From Oculina patagonica (lineage: Eukaryota): a stretch of DNA of 64,000 bases. Under the pieces are notes generated by a model. The model saw only the letters and a program-made list of their open reading frames with translations. It searched no databases and was not told where the DNA came from. Position numbers and translations under genes: made by a program. Shown in pieces: positions 61,900 to 64,000 of the stretch. The stretch spans positions 3,720,001 through 3,784,000 of the forward strand of contig NC_135771.1 in the NCBI RefSeq assembly GCF_052425735.1, in the 5' to 3' direction. Each line of letters starts with the position of its first letter. Position 1 is the stretch's first letter.

Positions 61900-64000
61900 T
61901 TTGGCCTTAAAAAGCACACGGATTGTGGATTTTTGCGATACATTGAGCGGATTCGCGGATTTCGAAAGTAGAGCGGATCGCGGATTAGCTGAGAATTTTT
62001 GACCGGATTCCGGACTCTTCATGTCAGAAAGTTCGGATCGTGGATAAGCAAAGTTCGAATCACTTTGGTCGGTCTTCGTCGGCATGTTGACGAATTGTCG
62101 AAAAAACAAGCAATGAAGCATGAAGCCCTCGGAAGCTTTATTTTGCTGGTCCTCTAGTGTAGCAGTTTCTATTGTTTATTTTTAGGGCTAGGGGAATTGT
62201 TCCTGTTGTTTGTTCTATTGTTCTCTCGAAGGAAACGAGCCATTCATGTAAGACCTTGCGAGGACTGCTACCCGAGCCCCTAGGCAGCCAATAACCTAAT
62301 TCGTGATGTTATCAATAAATGTCAGAAAGACCACATTTTAGCATATCCCTGACTATCACTTGATTTAAATAGGCGTCCTCAAGATAGGATCACTTACGCC
62401 AGTACGCTGTATCATTGCCAGAGAAAAATCGGGTAAGATCAGTTTAAGTCCCAAAGTTAGTTTTCAAATTTGTTTCTTAGCAGGGCCTTAACGTAGCTCA
62501 TCAGGACTGTAAATAATTCGAATCATATAAAATGCGAAAGGCGATACGCAATTTTTATTTAAAGAGGTTTTTATTAGGTATCGTCGTTTTTAATTAAATC
62601 AGCTTTATCGTTTGAAGTTCTACTCTAGATCGTTGATGCTGTAACAGAAATTTTCTCTCACCTAACCTTACCTTTACTTTAACACGGTTGTCTTTTTAAA
62701 GCTCAGAGAAGCTTGTGGGGCCGTGTTTCCCGATCGAATTAGAATTTAGAAGTAGTCCCTTGGTAGTGGGTTTTTTCACAGTCGCTATTAATTGATACTG
62801 GAAACCGCAAGAGTGAAATTTTGATCGTTCTCCTTTAGATGCCACATACACAGATGCAGAAAGTCAAGTTAAGTTTGTGGTTCGCTTCTTTTTAAGGTTG
62901 TTATTTTCTTCAGGAGGTCGCTAATCATGGCACAATAGCTCATACACGTGTAATTTGTTCGCTCGACACTTTAAAAAAAAAAATTCCCGGTATAATAATC
63001 TAACATAACTCGTGTTGCCAGAATTTTATAATGATAGCACTGACAAATTAAAAAAAAGATAGGAAAACATTCATCCGTTTCTATTTTATAACCTATATGA
63101 TATGAAAATTTATGATCAAGCAGCCACGTTAGATCTGAATTCTTGTCAAGGCAATCACCGTTGTCACGGTTGGAAACTAAATGAATTTTTAAACTTGGCA
63201 AAGTGAATACAAAACAAATGGCATCTCTAAATGTATTTTTCTTTCTAAATAACGACGGAACTTAAAGAATTGAAAGTAGTCTTAGGCCGGGTTAGGCTGA
63301 GGGCGCGGGAGACAACTGACACATCTGTTTGAAAATTTCGTTTGTAAACCTTGCTTTGAAAACATCTGCGTGTACTGAGTCGTTGTTACTTGGTTTCGTT
63401 TAGAGCAGTTTTCAATATTGAGTGTCGTAAAACCAAAACCAAAGTAATTACTCTGGCCAATCACAAAGGACACAGACAATTCAGTGAACCAATCAAAACT
63501 CGAAGCAAATACATGTAGCTGGCACGAAGCGCGGGAAAACGTGCGTGAGCGAGTCACGATTGGTTTTGGTTTTACTCCTGATTGGCTGAGAAAGTGGCGC
63601 GAAATCTTTAAGCCAATCACTAAGCGTAGCAATTCAAAACCAAAGCAAACGCAATTAATTTTCGACACTCAAGTAAAAAGCGCTCTAACGGGAATTCTAA
63701 AGAAGATTTTGTCTTCAGGAGCTTTTGCCCAAGCCAAACTGAAAAAGCGAACGAGAATGTTTTATTGGAGTGTTCATTAAGTGGGATTAGTCACTGCGTA
63801 GCACCACTTGCTTGAATATAAATTAAAAAAAAAAGCAGATGACTCTCGTTTTGTAAAACCAATTTAAATTCATAAAAAGAAATCCTTTGAAATTTACATT
63901 ATTTTTAAAGTTTTGCGTTACAAAAACTTAATAACGTCATAGTTCTTTTCAGTAACGCGAATTTCAACAAATCCATGCTATAGATTTTGCTTCTAAACGC
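61900..64000 (+). repeat. Start of a fifth lectin duplication unit (promoter, putative non-coding exon, 5' intron); CDS expected beyond the window
   Basis: Collinear near-identity to ~51800-53940 and ~41700-43900, the regions upstream of RBL-4 and RBL-3. Confidence 0.8.

Overview
AT-rich, intron-containing animal DNA. The gene and repeat content suggests a cnidarian, probably a stony coral (inference). There is one assembly gap (12552-12808). Three tandem gene families lie side by side: (1) two intronless minus-strand Sulfotransfer_4-type sulfotransferases with C-terminal membrane anchors; (2) two six-exon PAP2/lipid-phosphate-phosphatase genes, the second with its catalytic C3 histidine replaced by Asn; (3) four complete four-exon secreted tandem-CRD rhamnose-binding (SUEL/Gal_Lectin) lectin genes on a roughly 10-kb unit, plus the upstream part of a fifth. 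Lectins 3 and 4 have a remodelled first CRD (paired loss of Cys1 and Cys3), and lectin 3's CRD2 exon is net acidic where lectin 2's is basic. Introns and spacers are dense with tRNA-SINEs, LINE tails, MITEs, Academ-like and Crypton-like derivatives, and Penelope-like fragments. Highlights: an intact type I hammerhead ribozyme on the sense strand of PAP2-A intron 4, about 50 nt upstream of the catalytic exon; an enzyme/pseudo-enzyme PAP2 pair; and an apparently shared promoter/first-exon module between PAP2-A and lectins 3-5, which hints at a co-regulated glycan/lipid-sensing cluster. All gene models were built by eye from GT-AG sites and paralog comparison; no database searches were run.
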